64,000 nt of DNA from a virus (Duplodnaviria; Caudoviricetes), in the IMG/VR virus record IMGVR_UViG_3300021387_000688. The stretch is one strand, 5' to 3'. This document shows positions 50,323 through 63,312 of this stretch, piece after piece (positions within the stretch are counted from its first letter, which is position 1; the number at the start of each line of letters is the position of its first letter). The notes under the pieces are model-generated. The model ran no database searches, was not told where the DNA came from, and worked only from the letters and a program-made list of their open reading frames with translations. The position numbers were made by a program, and so were the translations under genes.

Positions 50323-51383
50323 TTATTTGTCTTCTATGTTAAAGATTGAAGAATAATCATCTCGATACTTTTTTTGTTTATAAACCCAGTTCTCGCCTAC
50401 ACCGATAAAATCTTCTCCAACCCGCCTAGATTCATTATCCTCGTACCAAGAACAATCATGGAATTCTTCAATAACGCTAAGGTTGTTACCCCAACGGCAA
50501 TCTACTTTGAGTTTCAAATCCGGGTTTGCATAAGATTTAATCTTATCATCTGCAAAGAGTTTGAAAATAGTTTTGACATCTTTTCCAGTGATTAAAACAT
50601 CTGTATATTTGTCTTCATATTTTCCTTCGCCCAAAAAAGTTCTATTGCAATATTTCCATTCCCAATCATCACTTAATGTTTCAGCCCACTCGGAAATTAC
50701 ATCCCACTGCCATCTACTCAAAGTGATATTGAATCTGTATTTATCCATAGTGAATCTAAGTTCAGTATCATGGCGTTTTCTTTTTTCTTCTTTTTCTGCA
50801 GCCTGATATTCTTTCCAAAGCCCTTTAGTTTTAATCCAGGCTTCCATAAAGTCACTTTTCTCGTAATAACCCCAAGACATCACTACTTAATCTCCTTTGC
50901 TATTTTAAGGCAACGTTCAATAGTATCTTTATCTATTTCAGCTACAACTTCTGCCAAAGCTTCCTTCTGTTTCTTTTCAAAATCTTTGTGAGCTTGGTTC
51001 GCTGTTGGAATCTTTTCTTTCTTGGCTCTTTTAGCCTTTTCATCTTTCATCCATTTCTGTGCCAATACGCCTACCATAAATTACTCCTCAAACCCATCCA
51101 CCATCATTTGGTCTAAAGCATCCGATAGAAACTTTGGGCTTATTATTGCTTTATCATAATCTTCATCTTGTTTACATAAATGAGATTTTATGCAATTAAT
51201 GATTTTAAGAGATAGTTGAGATTCAAGTTTTGTAATCCGCTTTTCTCTTGACCCGGCGCCATCTATATACCCTTCTTCATAGCAGTCGTGTCTAACAAGT
51301 TGTATTGAATCACAGATTTGTGGACTTGGATATTTTTCAAATGCTTGTTCTTCTGCTTCTTTTTCAAGTTCGTCTCTATCCAT
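50323..51383 (-). CDS. Three hypothetical ORFs (50323-50883, 50883-51077, 51081-51383)
   Basis: Coupled ORFs. Confidence 0.55.
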
Positions 51384-51523
51384 TCTTTATTTCCTCGTAA
51401 TAGTCCCTAGTACTTAAATCATGTAAATAGTCACCTGGTTTACAGTCAATAAACTTACTTATATCGATGCTTGCTATTTCTAGCATTTGACGCAGGTGTT
51501 CAAGTTCTAAAAGCAATAACTCA

Positions 51524-52270
51524 TCATCCATTTTTTAATTCATTCCATCTAGTAATAAGAATTTCAGCCAACAACTCATCACTCATTCCGTACATTCCAA
51601 AACTGAATCCATCAGTCATTTCGATAAGAGCGATATCTCCTTTATTTGTAACTCCTGCATCCAAACAATATGCGGAATTACCTTCTTTATTTTCATCGGC
51701 CATTTGCTGAACCGTTTCAAAAAGACGTTCCCGGTATTTTATATAATCATAAGTATTAAAGTTTAGATAATGATAACAACCTCTTAATTTACCGTTAACA
51801 ATTGGGCATCTAAATTCTGAAGTAAAATGAATAATATCGGAACACCAGATATTTACATTATTACCTGCTCCCCTTGCATTCTGACTTATGTCATCAATAG
51901 ATTCGCAAACGAAACCTGTAAATCTTTTTAACTTACCTCGAGGTTTAATAAAGATTGGCTTGTTCAAATAACCTGTTTCAAAAATCTCATTACGAATGGC
52001 TTTCATTGTAGAAGGCCAAACATTTCTGAGTAAATACTTTCTAAGACTTTCAGGGTAATCTGTATAAGAATAATCTATTCCAAGTTGTCTCATTGCTGCA
52101 TACATAGCAGGTATGTCTCCCGCAATGAAATCATCTTTTGTGATTTTTAGTTTATTCTGTACAATTTGTTTTCGATAAAAAGTTTTATAATTCCCTTCGC
52201 CAAAATATCTTGCCAAGGCTTCTTCTTCAGGAGAGAATTTTGAGTTGTCCATTAATTGAAGATAGTTCAT
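51524..52270 (-). CDS. ATP-grasp protein (DUF4343-like)
   Basis: DYPESL, IFIKP...KRFTGFV, SEFRC, YCLDAG, ALIE. Confidence 0.85.
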   Translation of the reverse strand: MNYLQLMDNSKFSPEEEALARYFGEGNYKTFYRKQIVQNKLKITKDDFIAGDIPAMYAAMRQLGIDYSYTDYPESLRKYLLRNVWPSTMKAIRNEIFETGYLNKPIFIKPRGKLKRFTGFVCESIDDISQNARGAGNNVNIWCSDIIHFTSEFRCPIVNGKLRGCYHYLNFNTYDYIKYRERLFETVQQMADENKEGNSAYCLDAGVTNKGDIALIEMTDGFSFGMYGMSDELLAEILITRWNELKNG

Positions 52271-52293
52271 TTTTTGTCTCCACTCTGGTATTT

Positions 52294-53597
52294 TTAATTA
52301 TCCCATTCTCCATTATCTATTTTTACACCGCAGCCTAAAATAGCTGTTTTTGTTTTTGGATCATAAGATAAAATATGTTGGCCTATTCTAAGCTCTAGTT
52401 CTTTCTTATCTTCTTCCCAATTTTTTGAATTTAAATATTTCTCGTCAAAGAGTGCACTAGATAAATCTTCTTTATTATCTTGCTTTAACATATATACTAA
52501 TCCATTTCATTTTCTTCTTTTGCATAATCTACAAAGCTAGATACGAATGCCCGTACATCTTCGTAATAACTAGAATCAGGATCGTAATAGTCGAAATCTG
52601 GAAACATCTTCCATATTTTTCGAGATACATCTTCTGAGAAGATTTTATCATAAAGTTTGGGCCAAACTGTAGGGTCTTCATGATCCCATTTACACATGTT
52701 TCCTGCTCTATCGAAAGCTTTTTGAAGCATTCCAGCAACTGCTATGGCAGCCATATCTTCCTGGACTATAACATCCTGAAACTCATCGAACTCTCTTCCT
52801 GACAGCTCTTTTAAGTATGATTCTATGTCTCCATAGCCTCTAGCTGTTATTACATCTTGAGCCGCGATTTTAAGCATTTGCTTAAACTTATCGGTATCAT
52901 GTATTTCGTCTAAAATCATTTTTTTTCACACCTTTTTAATAATTTAGATATAGTCCGGATTCTGTCTTTGAACGGCCAATGTAGAATCGATACCATCCGA
53001 ATGGCCTTCATCGTATCCTTTATCATAACCAACTTTTGCAGCATCGCAAAATATTTCTACGCATTGTTTTCTTAACCAATCCGGTTCTGAGTAGCCATGT
53101 TCTTTAGCATATTTATTTGCTATTTCTGTAAAATCCATATTTTATTTCTCCGGTAATGCATTTGTTTCAATTACAACCCATCCGACATTGTCTGGGGTTT
53201 CAACAGATTCATATCCATCATAATCTGTAATACGGTACATTGGAGTAGAGATTTCTTCGATTCTTAATTTTGCACAACTACCATTTACTTCTTCTCCAAG
53301 TGCTTCAACTACAGCTACAAGATCTTCATCATGGCGAGGAATTTTATAAATATCGTATTCCATACATTCATCTGGAATTTCATCTACGAGAACATCGCCA
53401 TAATCCTTTGTAACAAAATAATATGTATCAAGACTGCTGCAGTTATCAAAATCCGTTACTTTGATATAGTTGTTGTTTTTGTAATCTAATGCGTAAACGA
53501 AAACTTCTTTACCAGTTTTTCTTTCCCAGAGAAGTTTTTCAGCTTTTGGAGAGAGTGAGAATCCGCCATAACAAGCATTGTATACTACTTTGTACAT
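52294..53597 (-). CDS. Four hypothetical ORFs (52294-52491, 52497-52919, 52944-53138, 53142-53597)
   Basis: Co-directional; the last has the common phage motif KVVYNACYGGFSLS...RHD...YDGYE. Confidence 0.6.
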
Positions 53598-53634
53598 AAA
53601 TACCTCTTGTTTATAATATAGAAATTTTAGAGGG

Positions 53635-54381
53635 CTATTGTTTCCAATAACAGTACAAACATTTATGAGGACAAACTTTTTTGACAGGGATTAATTCTTT
53701 TTTCAATGCAAGGCAACCACAAGCAGGTCTTTGACCGCCTTTGAATTCCTTTTCCAATTCGATTCCTAAAATATCTAAATCAATTTTAGAAACGCATCCA
53801 TTGCAAGGAATTCCTGGTTCACCGCAAACTTCTAATTTTATAGTGTTATGATTTGCAAAAACTTCCAACCAATCTTTTCTTACATTTAATGGAAGGTGCA
53901 TATCATCACCATAATGTTTCTTTAGATGTTCTTTTACTTGCGGGTATTTATCTAAACGATTCCAAACATGGTTGTACATATCCATGAAGGAAATTCTGAT
54001 TCTTAAACTATGGTCATGCCCAAACTTTAATATTTTAGCCACATTCTTTTTATAAGCTTCTCCATCAAAGTCTGTACCTTTATAATCAAAAAGCGCAGGG
54101 CAAATTGGATCGCATCTTAATACAACATGTTTCTTTTGATATTCATTTAAGTTACTTATATAATTTAATACTTCATCAACCGGAGGGGTATTTGGTTCAA
54201 ATATTGTACCACTTAAACCTGTACAGGAAATATGGAAAATGATATTGGAAGGATAAGCCCCTAAGAAATGTTTATGGACTCTTGGGAAGTTTTTTGAAAT
54301 TAAAATTGTAGGCTGATAGGAAGCCCACTTTTCCCAATCACTGCAAAACACAGGATCAAATCCTTCAGTTATTCCTATCAA
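53635..54381 (-). CDS. DUF1848-like / radical SAM-related Fe-S protein
   Basis: FEPNTP, LRCDPI, QRPACGC, C-terminal CPHKCLYCY. Confidence 0.8.
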   Translation of the reverse strand: MIGITEGFDPVFCSDWEKWASYQPTILISKNFPRVHKHFLGAYPSNIIFHISCTGLSGTIFEPNTPPVDEVLNYISNLNEYQKKHVVLRCDPICPALFDYKGTDFDGEAYKKNVAKILKFGHDHSLRIRISFMDMYNHVWNRLDKYPQVKEHLKKHYGDDMHLPLNVRKDWLEVFANHNTIKLEVCGEPGIPCNGCVSKIDLDILGIELEKEFKGGQRPACGCLALKKELIPVKKVCPHKCLYCYWKQ

Positions 54382-57300
54382 TCTCCAATCTCCTTTATAT
54401 CGTTGTAAAGTCCTTCGAAGAACTTTAAGCTTTCTTCTGTTTTTTCAATCCATCCACTTCTTGGAGAAGTTCCGTAATCACCGTACATTAAAACAAACAT
54501 TGTCCAATAAGTATTTAATTCCTTATCATGATACCAATCTTTGTTAATATCATCTGTTGAAAGATAATGGCTGGATTCGTCTTGATTGAATTCCTTAAAT
54601 CTATCCCCAATTGTTTTAATTGCTTCCGCGCCAACATTATACCAAAGTGCATCTACTAATGCTCTATAGGTTTTATCGTTTTCATATCTTTCAGTCAATT
54701 TTAATTTTCTCCTCTCATGCAAAAAGAAACACCGTCGGCTGTAATAAGTTTAGGCACTTTATCTTCTATAAAAACTCCATTTTCTATGTGCCCGAAACTT
54801 CTTGTAATCATAATAAGGCTTCCATCTTCTCTAACTTGCATTTCAGAATCGTTATGCTCTCTGTTCCATTTATCGGCTATACATTCTAAAGCCTGAGGGG
54901 TAAATTGTCGCCAATTCTTATTTGGAACATTAGGTTTAGCTAATTCAAATGTAAAAGTCATTTTAATCCTCGTGAATGATTTTAATGTTTTTACCTCTTT
55001 CTTTTACATGGTTGATAGTTTTTTTCTTTTCCATGTAATCTATAACCATACAAGTTACTAAGAGAATCAAAACTATTAATCCTACAATTATTCCGCAAGC
55101 CAATGCAATAAGTCGGAACGTTTCCCCAATATTCATTTAACCCTCATTTACTGCTTCTACAGCATCGCTGTATCTTTCAATACTATAAACAAGAGCAGGG
55201 TCATTAAAATATTCTAAAAACAATGCCTTCAAAAGAATTGCAGCATTATCCAAATTCATATGATCTGCAACTACATGCCCGTCCTGATCAACTACTCTAT
55301 ACTCCCATTCTGCCATTTTCTTCTCCTTCTAAAAATTGCATCCAAAAATAAGGATCGCGTTTATATTTTGTAATTTGATTTGCGTTAATACAATTTACTT
55401 GAAAATAATTTTTTAATTTTTCATAGTATTTTTCTTTCATCTCTTTGATAGGATCCCCTTTTGGTTTTGATCCAAAAATCCTATCAATAAATTCTTTTGC
55501 AGTTTCGCAGAAAGCAGGTGTCGGGGTATCGATGGTTTCAATGTGTAGCATTTTCATATCACCATTCAAATCCATTTTAGATACTTCATAAGTGTAAACA
55601 GTAATTATTCTTAAATTAGGAATAAAACCATCATCAGAATTGTAAACTAATTCCTTAAAGGCTCCAGGTTTTTCATAACCTCCATCAAGAATGTATTTAC
55701 CTCTGTTGATTATTTCGACCCCGTCTATGTCCTTAAATTCAAAGACATTGCAAAACTCCATTAAATTCATTTCTGCGGTATCCCCATATATTCTTCATTA
55801 TATTCTTTAGGACTCATTATTTCCTTAAGAGTGTCAACCCCATCATAATATGAGGAAACATAATTAAAAGAAGGAATCAAATTTCCAAATTTAACTTCTT
55901 CTTCCGCTTTAGAATCTTTTCCAGTTAAGATAGGTTCTCCTGCGGGAACTAAATCCTTTTCTTTGAAAGAAGGGTGAGTAAAAATCTCTAAAGAAATACC
56001 TTTACATTTTGGGTCTTTATCCCATTCAATCTTAAAGGCTTTCATAAATGCATCGTCATCAGGGTTGTATATAACTCTTAGAGTATCTAAAAATCTTGTC
56101 TTTGCCCAATGCAAAAAGTCGTTACGGAGACTTTTATAACCTTTGAAATGTTTATTCTTTGCAAACATATTATACCGGCTTTGGTGTAAGCCACTCCTTG
56201 AGTTTATTTTTCAAGTCCTCTTCATGGTATGAAGAACATATAGAATCCCAGCTACATGAAGAACTTGCATAGGAAAGTCTCAACTTTCCATAATCTAAAT
56301 AAAGCAAATGTTCCCTGTCTAATTTTTCTGTATCAGGAATTGTCAATTCATAAAGATGGTCGAAAACATCATCCTGTATTTTGAAAATAACTTCAAATGC
56401 ATTTTCTCCCCATCCAAAATACCTAATCTCTTGAATACCAATGTGATAACCTAACATATCACTAATACGGTGAGTAAGGTATTCGAATTGTTCTTTTTCT
56501 TCATACCTTTTTCTATGGTCAATTTTCTCGCCAGAGTTTAACATTTTGAGCCATTTAGCGGTTCCATGAATTGCATAAGTTAAATGCAAATACCTTCCGC
56601 GGAGAGTGTCTTTCAAAGTACTCAATTCATCTTCAAAAGCCAGTTGTGCCAATTTCATATACTTTGCGGCTTCTTTTTCCATTTCCAAAGTAAGTTCGTG
56701 AGCCTGCTCTATAGCCAAAAACTTCTTCTGCTCATCCATGGCTTTTTGATATTCAAAAAAATCTATAGTTTCACTCATAATTTATACCTCCTGGTATTAA
56801 TAAATACTAGATAGATCCCTGAGTTGGAGGAATTAATTCGCAAACATCTACATCTACTTCCAATCCCAATTTCTCTAATTGGATTCTTTGGGCTTCGGTT
56901 ACAATTAATCCTTCGCTGTACCAAATATTTGAACGACTAGCAGAATTGTAATAAACTTTTACCCAACCTTCTTTTTCCAACTGCTTCTCTGATTTCTTAA
57001 AATACAGTTCGGCAACTTTAGCATGGTCTTCATATTTACAACCATAGAATCTTCCATCTGGAGAAATCCATCCCAGTAGAAGAGAATTATCGATGAGATA
57101 AGACCAATCCAAATCTGTCCAATCGTTGGCTTCTACAACTTTGGAATACTTCCACATTTCGTCGTTAGGATCAGCCTTATGTCTTCCTCCTACGCGGTTG
57201 TAAAGATAACCATCTTCGTATTCCCACCAACCGTTGTATTCGAAAGTACCATCATCTTTTTTATAAGTTTCTAAAACGAATCTTTTCATTATTTGTATCT

Positions 57301-57684
57301 CCACTTATAAACTTTGATATGTTTCATTTCGTCAGCTTTAAGCCAACCCAATCTCATAGAAAACCAAACTTCATCTCCGTCCTGGTCTATTACGTTTTCT
57401 GTAATCCCATCCCTAACAATTGGAGGGAAGTCATTCAATTCTGTATAATGCCAACCTTCCATGTTATTTCTATTGAGATGGGCTTTATCTTTTTCATATG
57501 CATTTCTTACTTCTGCACATTCTGGACAATACCATCTTTTATTAGACTTGCTGTAAACCCAGTTTTTTGCTTCGGCGCTATTCTTCAATGCTCCGTAATT
57601 CTGTAACAACTGTTGCGGGTATGATTTAATAGTTTCATTAAATTCAATTCCGCAAAAATCACATTTAATGCAAATATGTATCAT
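54378..57684 (-). CDS. Run of hypothetical ORFs (54378-54722, 54701-54961, two <60 aa ORFs in 54963-55316, 55297-55770, 55767-56168, 56170-56778, 56807-57304, 57289-57684)
   Basis: Tightly coupled; 56807 has GWISPDG..H; 57289 has CDFC/CPEC. Confidence 0.55.
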
Positions 57685-57694
57685 GCCTTATTCC

Positions 57695-59575
57695 TTAAAC
57701 ATATTCGTTCATTTTATTGCTTTTAATAACAATCTTTTCATTATCATTAAAGCAAACGTTATCCCAGAATTCTTTAGAATAATTGAAAGTATAATCCTTT
57801 CCTTCTTCATTAAGTCCAACAATTAATTCGCAATTAGCATTAGAATAGTTGCTATTTTGTTTAGTATGTTCGTTGTACGTACCTGCAATAGGATGTAAGT
57901 TTAATTCTTTCAAGTAATTGCAAATCCATTTACCAGTAGGAGTCTGATATTCATATTCCGGATCATATCCTGCATCTTCTATCCATAATCCAACCTTCAA
58001 AGTATTTGGGACCTTGGTTAAAGGAATCAAATGTTTTATATTTATTTCATTACCTGAATAAACTTTCCAATTATCACATGCTTCGTAATAATTGTCCATT
58101 TCGGAAAGAGCTATTACTTGATGCTTTGTAAGGAAAGGGAATTTATCATCATGCTCCTTATAGTCTTCTACAAAATGGAATAATCTTAAACCGCTCAACT
58201 CTGGAGGAGTCAATGCATGTTCTTCAGATCTGTTAGTAGCATATACAAAATTCTTATTTAATTTTGCACAAACACATTCTCTGTCATCTGCATGAGCTAC
58301 AGGTAAATTCAAAGCTTCTTTCATAGGGATAGGAGTTTTGTATATAAATCCTATACTGTTTCCTTCATAATAGGAAGGATAATATTCTCTCTCGTTATTC
58401 AAGTATCTTGGTTTAGCAATATAAGCTATAAGGGATTTAGGCATCCAAGGAGTTTTTACATTTTCTTTCCAATCCCTTCCAGAAGAATGAAGCAACCCAT
58501 CTTCTTTTCTTTCAAACGTTATAAAAGGTTTGTTAGATTTATATTCTACCATAGCCCTGTATATACCCCATTCTTCTTTTGAGATACGAGACCCTTCAGG
58601 GTAAAATCTTCTAACCGTTTTAATCCATTTATCTTTATATTTTTCTACAGTTTCAAATCTTTCAAGAATTGTTTGAAAGATTTCATCTTCCCATTCAGGT
58701 TTCTCTAAAATAAGAGAAATTTCTTCTTCATAAAGTTTACAATTGTTAGAAATTCCTTTTTCTGCTAACAATTTTTCCCATTTAACTTTAAGACTATAAT
58801 CGTGAGGAACTGCAGGAATTTCTCGACCAAATATACCTGAAGTACTTATTTCTGCAGCGTATACCGGTTCTTCAATATCCTTTGCTTCAGGTAACCATAA
58901 AAAGTCCTTATGCTTCTTTAAGAAAGTAGATGCAGAAACTACTTCTGCTTCTTTTAAATTATAAGCATCTACAACTTCTGGATCAAATTGTTTTAGGATT
59001 TCTTCTGTAGAATCTTTTAAAGAAGCTTTTCCTAAGTACAAATATTTTGCATTAGAATCTGGACTGTTATTCATTCTAATGCTACCTGCTATCTGGGATG
59101 CAACTTCCGCATTAGGCGCCTTTATCAAGTAAGGATGAGAAACTTTATTGTAATGAATTACAAATATGCAAGCAACTTTTTCATCTTCTTTTTCTGGATA
59201 AAAAACTGTACGAAAATCCTTCATGGTTTTGAATTTAAGTTCAGAAGGCCTTTTGATCTTCTCATAATCTTTTTCGAATTTTCTAAAGTTTATTGGAAGG
59301 ATATCGCTTTCATCTATAGGATAAATAAATTTGTAATAATTGTTTGAATAATCATCTTTAACACGGAAAACAGCGTCGCCTATATCCTTGTCACTCGCTT
59401 CATCGTATTTTCTTTTCTTATACCCAACACCATCCAATTTGAAAAGATGTCCAAGTTTTTCATTCTCTACATAATCTTTCAATTTAAGAAGGCTGTTATC
59501 CATAAAGGCTTTACTACCTTCTTTAGCTTTATCTGCCGTAAATACATTCAGTACTTTGTTTGGGTCGAATTCCAT
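57695..59575 (-). CDS. Large hypothetical multidomain protein
   Basis: 626 aa ORF; CTATAAT motif upstream. Confidence 0.65.
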   Translation of the reverse strand: MEFDPNKVLNVFTADKAKEGSKAFMDNSLLKLKDYVENEKLGHLFKLDGVGYKKRKYDEASDKDIGDAVFRVKDDYSNNYYKFIYPIDESDILPINFRKFEKDYEKIKRPSELKFKTMKDFRTVFYPEKEDEKVACIFVIHYNKVSHPYLIKAPNAEVASQIAGSIRMNNSPDSNAKYLYLGKASLKDSTEEILKQFDPEVVDAYNLKEAEVVSASTFLKKHKDFLWLPEAKDIEEPVYAAEISTSGIFGREIPAVPHDYSLKVKWEKLLAEKGISNNCKLYEEEISLILEKPEWEDEIFQTILERFETVEKYKDKWIKTVRRFYPEGSRISKEEWGIYRAMVEYKSNKPFITFERKEDGLLHSSGRDWKENVKTPWMPKSLIAYIAKPRYLNNEREYYPSYYEGNSIGFIYKTPIPMKEALNLPVAHADDRECVCAKLNKNFVYATNRSEEHALTPPELSGLRLFHFVEDYKEHDDKFPFLTKHQVIALSEMDNYYEACDNWKVYSGNEINIKHLIPLTKVPNTLKVGLWIEDAGYDPEYEYQTPTGKWICNYLKELNLHPIAGTYNEHTKQNSNYSNANCELIVGLNEEGKDYTFNYSKEFWDNVCFNDNEKIVIKSNKMNEYV

Positions 59576-59672
59576 TTTAATTTCCTTTATAAGAGTTAAT
59601 GTTAATATTATAGCTTTTTTTGGAACCGCGTATAACTATATTTTTACTAAATATTAAATATAAGGAGACACT

Positions 59673-62600
59673 ATGGCAAAATATAATACACCATATAAAT
59701 ATGTTTTGGAAGGGATTCAAGACGCTATTGATATGGGATACCTTTCTGAAGACCGCAAGACTTGGTGGCTACAATGTAGTTGGCACATCAATGGAGAAGA
59801 CATAATTTGTTTCTTTGAAGTTCTTCAAATGTTGAAAATAGATGTATTTAGAAGAATGGGTGCACGTCCCGTTGTTATAGAATATACAGAAGGTGAAGAA
59901 GAAAACAATATAGAAGAAATAGGATTCGATGGCGGATACAAAATCTCATCTGAAAAATTCCCTCCAATTTATATAGGATGGTGTGCAGGTACAGGTGCAC
60001 CTGCAAAAGAATTGACACCTGTAACTAAATTGGCAATTAAAAATTCTACATTACCTTTTATAGAAAATAAATCAAAGAAAGCTAAGAAAGAAGCTAGGGT
60101 AAGTAATTTCGATTTAAGTCCTTATGATTTACGTAATCAAATTAAGAGTTATGTAAGAGGAAGATTGTATGATTTAGTAGGGGCTGATGGTGCAAGGAAT
60201 TTCAAAATCAATCAACCTAAATGGGATATGATATATGACGGTGCACAAGGTGGAACTAGCTTTGCAATCAGAACCCAAGGGGAAGATTACTATATGTCAA
60301 CTTTCATAAACTCGTCAATAGATTGGCAGGGTAAAGGATTCGAGGAATTCAAAGAAGATTTCGAAGATATGGTTCAAGAATGTTTTAAACAGATGTAGGA
60401 GAATAGAATTATGTTAACAAAAGAAGATTTTATCAACAATTTCAAAGAGGCGCTTGAGGGTTCAGGTTATGAATTTAATGAAGCTAATTTAGACCGTGCT
60501 ATTAAATTCATGTTCAGGACTTATGCAACAGCATCTGAGGTAAAAGCTAATGCATATGATGAAGGAGAAAACCTTTCGTTAATAGACGTTAAATTAATGA
60601 TCAAAGACGACCTGGACACTCTGTTAAAAACAGGTCAATTTGAAGACCCTTTCGTAGAAGGTGCAATAGAAATGGGATTTGCAAACAACCTTGATGAAAT
60701 CCATGAAGGAGGACCAGATTCAAGCATAGGCGCAATCATCATTAAGAAAGAGAAGTCTGGCAGTTTGCACAAAAAGGTTGAGAGTATATTAAAAGGAGCT
60801 TTCAACAACCTTCTTTATTACGAAGTATCCAACAATGGAAAAGCTGCTAAAAGATTCTATGCAGTGGATGTACATGCAAGATATGATGATATAGGTCAAG
60901 GAGAGGCTTACGACTTCTTTGAGGAAACGGATCGACACGTAGATTACGCTTTTGTTCCTGCAAAATATGTAGAACCTTTCTTAGAATATGTTGCAGATGT
61001 ATTGAGAAAAAAGCATTTGTATAAAGGTTTATATATTTGCGGACTTCCAGTAAAACATGGTAGCGTAATCGCAGTAGAAACTGGTTGTATTCGTAGAGTA
61101 TTCTTCTCTTCTGAAGCAGCCAATGAAACAGCTGTAGCTATATAGGAGTATTGGATGGACCACAGATTTAGTAAAACCGATAGAGATTATATACATAATA
61201 TATCCCAAATGGCTACTGTTGAATATATGAGGGTTTCTAAAGAATTCTTAGACGCCATTGAAGCCCCTGAAGAATTAAAAGAAAAGTTTGAGAGTTTCAA
61301 AACCAAATATGGTAAATATCCTCAGTTTGCTTATAACTCTAAATTCAGAAGCACTAAAGAAAAGACTAGTATATCTTTCCAAAAAACAATAAACGGAAAT
61401 CACGTAGCAACTTTCTTTACAGAAGAAGATCTCGAAACTTTGGTAAACTGTTGGATTGATACTTACAATTCTATTTCTGAATATGAAAATAGTAGAAGCA
61501 ATGTAGAAAAAGTTGTAGAGAATGTTTGTGACTTCGTTAAAGATAATAAATTGGCTATAGGCTGTGCGGTATTTGGAGTTGCCGCTTTGGCTACTGTTGT
61601 TCCTGCAATTGTCAAAAAATACAAGTCGGAAGCAGATATAAGAGAAGCTGTTTCTTATTTTATGAATTCTGTTGATTGGGATGAAAACGATAGAGATAAA
61701 ACAATTGCTACAACTCACACTTCTGTTGATTCCAAAGGTAATTTACATACAACTACTCGAGCAAGAACATTAAGTGGTAATAAGAATACCTCAAAAGCTA
61801 TATTCACTGCAGTTGCAAAGTATGCTAAAAAGAATGGTATAACTGCAAGAGATGCATTCCACGAATTAGATGGTGCAAAAACTAGAACCCTTTTCGGAAA
61901 CATAACAGATGAAGATTTTTACAAGTTTGATATCATAAAAGATAACAACGGTGTATTAACTATCAATGTTTGGAATAATGCAGGTCGTAAACCTAAGACT
62001 TTCGAAATTGATACAAATACGTATCAGAGAATTGGTGACGTTCAATATTCTTGGAACGAAAGTAGAAAGAGATCTGGTCATATAAAAGAATCTAAAATAG
62101 CATGTGATAAGGCTAGTGTTTATCAATTTCAACTTAAGTTGTTAGAATTCTTTGATAACTATTTAGGCGACCCTATTGTAAAAGCTAAAGCAATAAAGGG
62201 GGATATGCCTAAACCTTTTACATATAGGAAATGGAATGATCGGGGTTCAGATTTTTATGAAGTTAGCTTGTTTGGCGAGTATGAAGATGATGTAGTAATT
62301 GAACTCCGTTCTGTTATGATTGGTGGAGGTTGTTCTTATAACTTATTAACAGGAGACGGATCTGAGTGCGAATATTGGACTGGAATGTCTTTGGACGAAT
62401 TTGAGAAAGACCTTAGTGAATGTTTTAAGATTGCTTTAAGCAATGAGGGTAAAAGGATATAGGAAAGGCGCGAATTGTTCTACTAAGAAATACGCACACT
62501 TTATTGCCAAACTAACTATATTGAATAAATAAAAGGAGAGTAAAAGAAATGGCAAGAACTATTAAAGACTATAACGAATACAAAGGTTTTACGCCTGCTC

Positions 62601-63310
62601 AGAAAAATAATGCATTCCATGGATTTGTTAATTTCTTAGACGATATTGGTGCGCCTTGGGAATCAAATAAAGATAAACAGGTATCCGGAAAGTATTGGGG
62701 TATCGAATTCACTCTTAATTATGCAGGTATGGGTGGTCACGCTTATACAATAGATGCAATGAATGTAGTAAAAGGAACTATTCAAGATCAGTGGGTTGGC
62801 GATTCTTACTCAGACTTCTTAGAAGATTTAAGTGAATTGAGAAACGAATATGGTGCATTACATTCAGGTCGTTATCCAGATGATCCTGAAAACTTAGAAG
62901 AGTCTAGAAAATTAAAAGAATCTGCTTCTTGGAAAAATAAATTTGAACAAAAAATAAAACAAAGAGTTGTAAGACTCTTCCAGGATTGGGTAGATGAGGA
63001 TAACGCTCAGGGAATGGTAGATGATTTTGATATTAACCCTGATAATGCAGTAGAAGAACTTATTAACGAAATCCTTGAAAACGAAGCAGATGAAATCCAC
63101 GAAGGAAGATATGAAGATTTCCTTTACACTATTATGGACGAAGAAGACATAAATCAGAAGGAAATCGAAAAAGTTGGAGAAGCTTATCTTGATAAACTAG
63201 AAGCCCTAAACATAGAAGAAAAGAGAAAAACATTTGGGGAATCTTATTGCAATAAATTAGAAAAACAAATGCAGTATGTTTCTGCTTTTAGTGATGAAGA
63301 TGAGGATTAA
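59673..63310 (+). CDS. Four putative head-internal proteins (59673-60398, 60411-61145, 61155-62462, 62549-63310)
   Basis: CTAAAT at 59647; shared WxGxx(F/L/Y)x(E/D)FxxD(F/L) module in three; IREA / IKES / LKES sites. Confidence 0.55.
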
Positions 63311-63312
63311 AA

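Noticed and set aside
14011-62462. TAG recoding, suggested by in-frame TAG junctions at 14466, 21767, 60398 and 61145
   Set aside because: Long conserved genes have no internal TAG, other TAG stops are followed by out-of-frame genes or promoters, and TAGGAG at two junctions simply supplies the next SD.
887-63100. Many antisense ORFs in the track (e.g. 887-1261, 2973-3314, 31463-32080, 61275-61718)
   Set aside because: They are shadows of better-supported genes on the opposite strand, with atypical composition.
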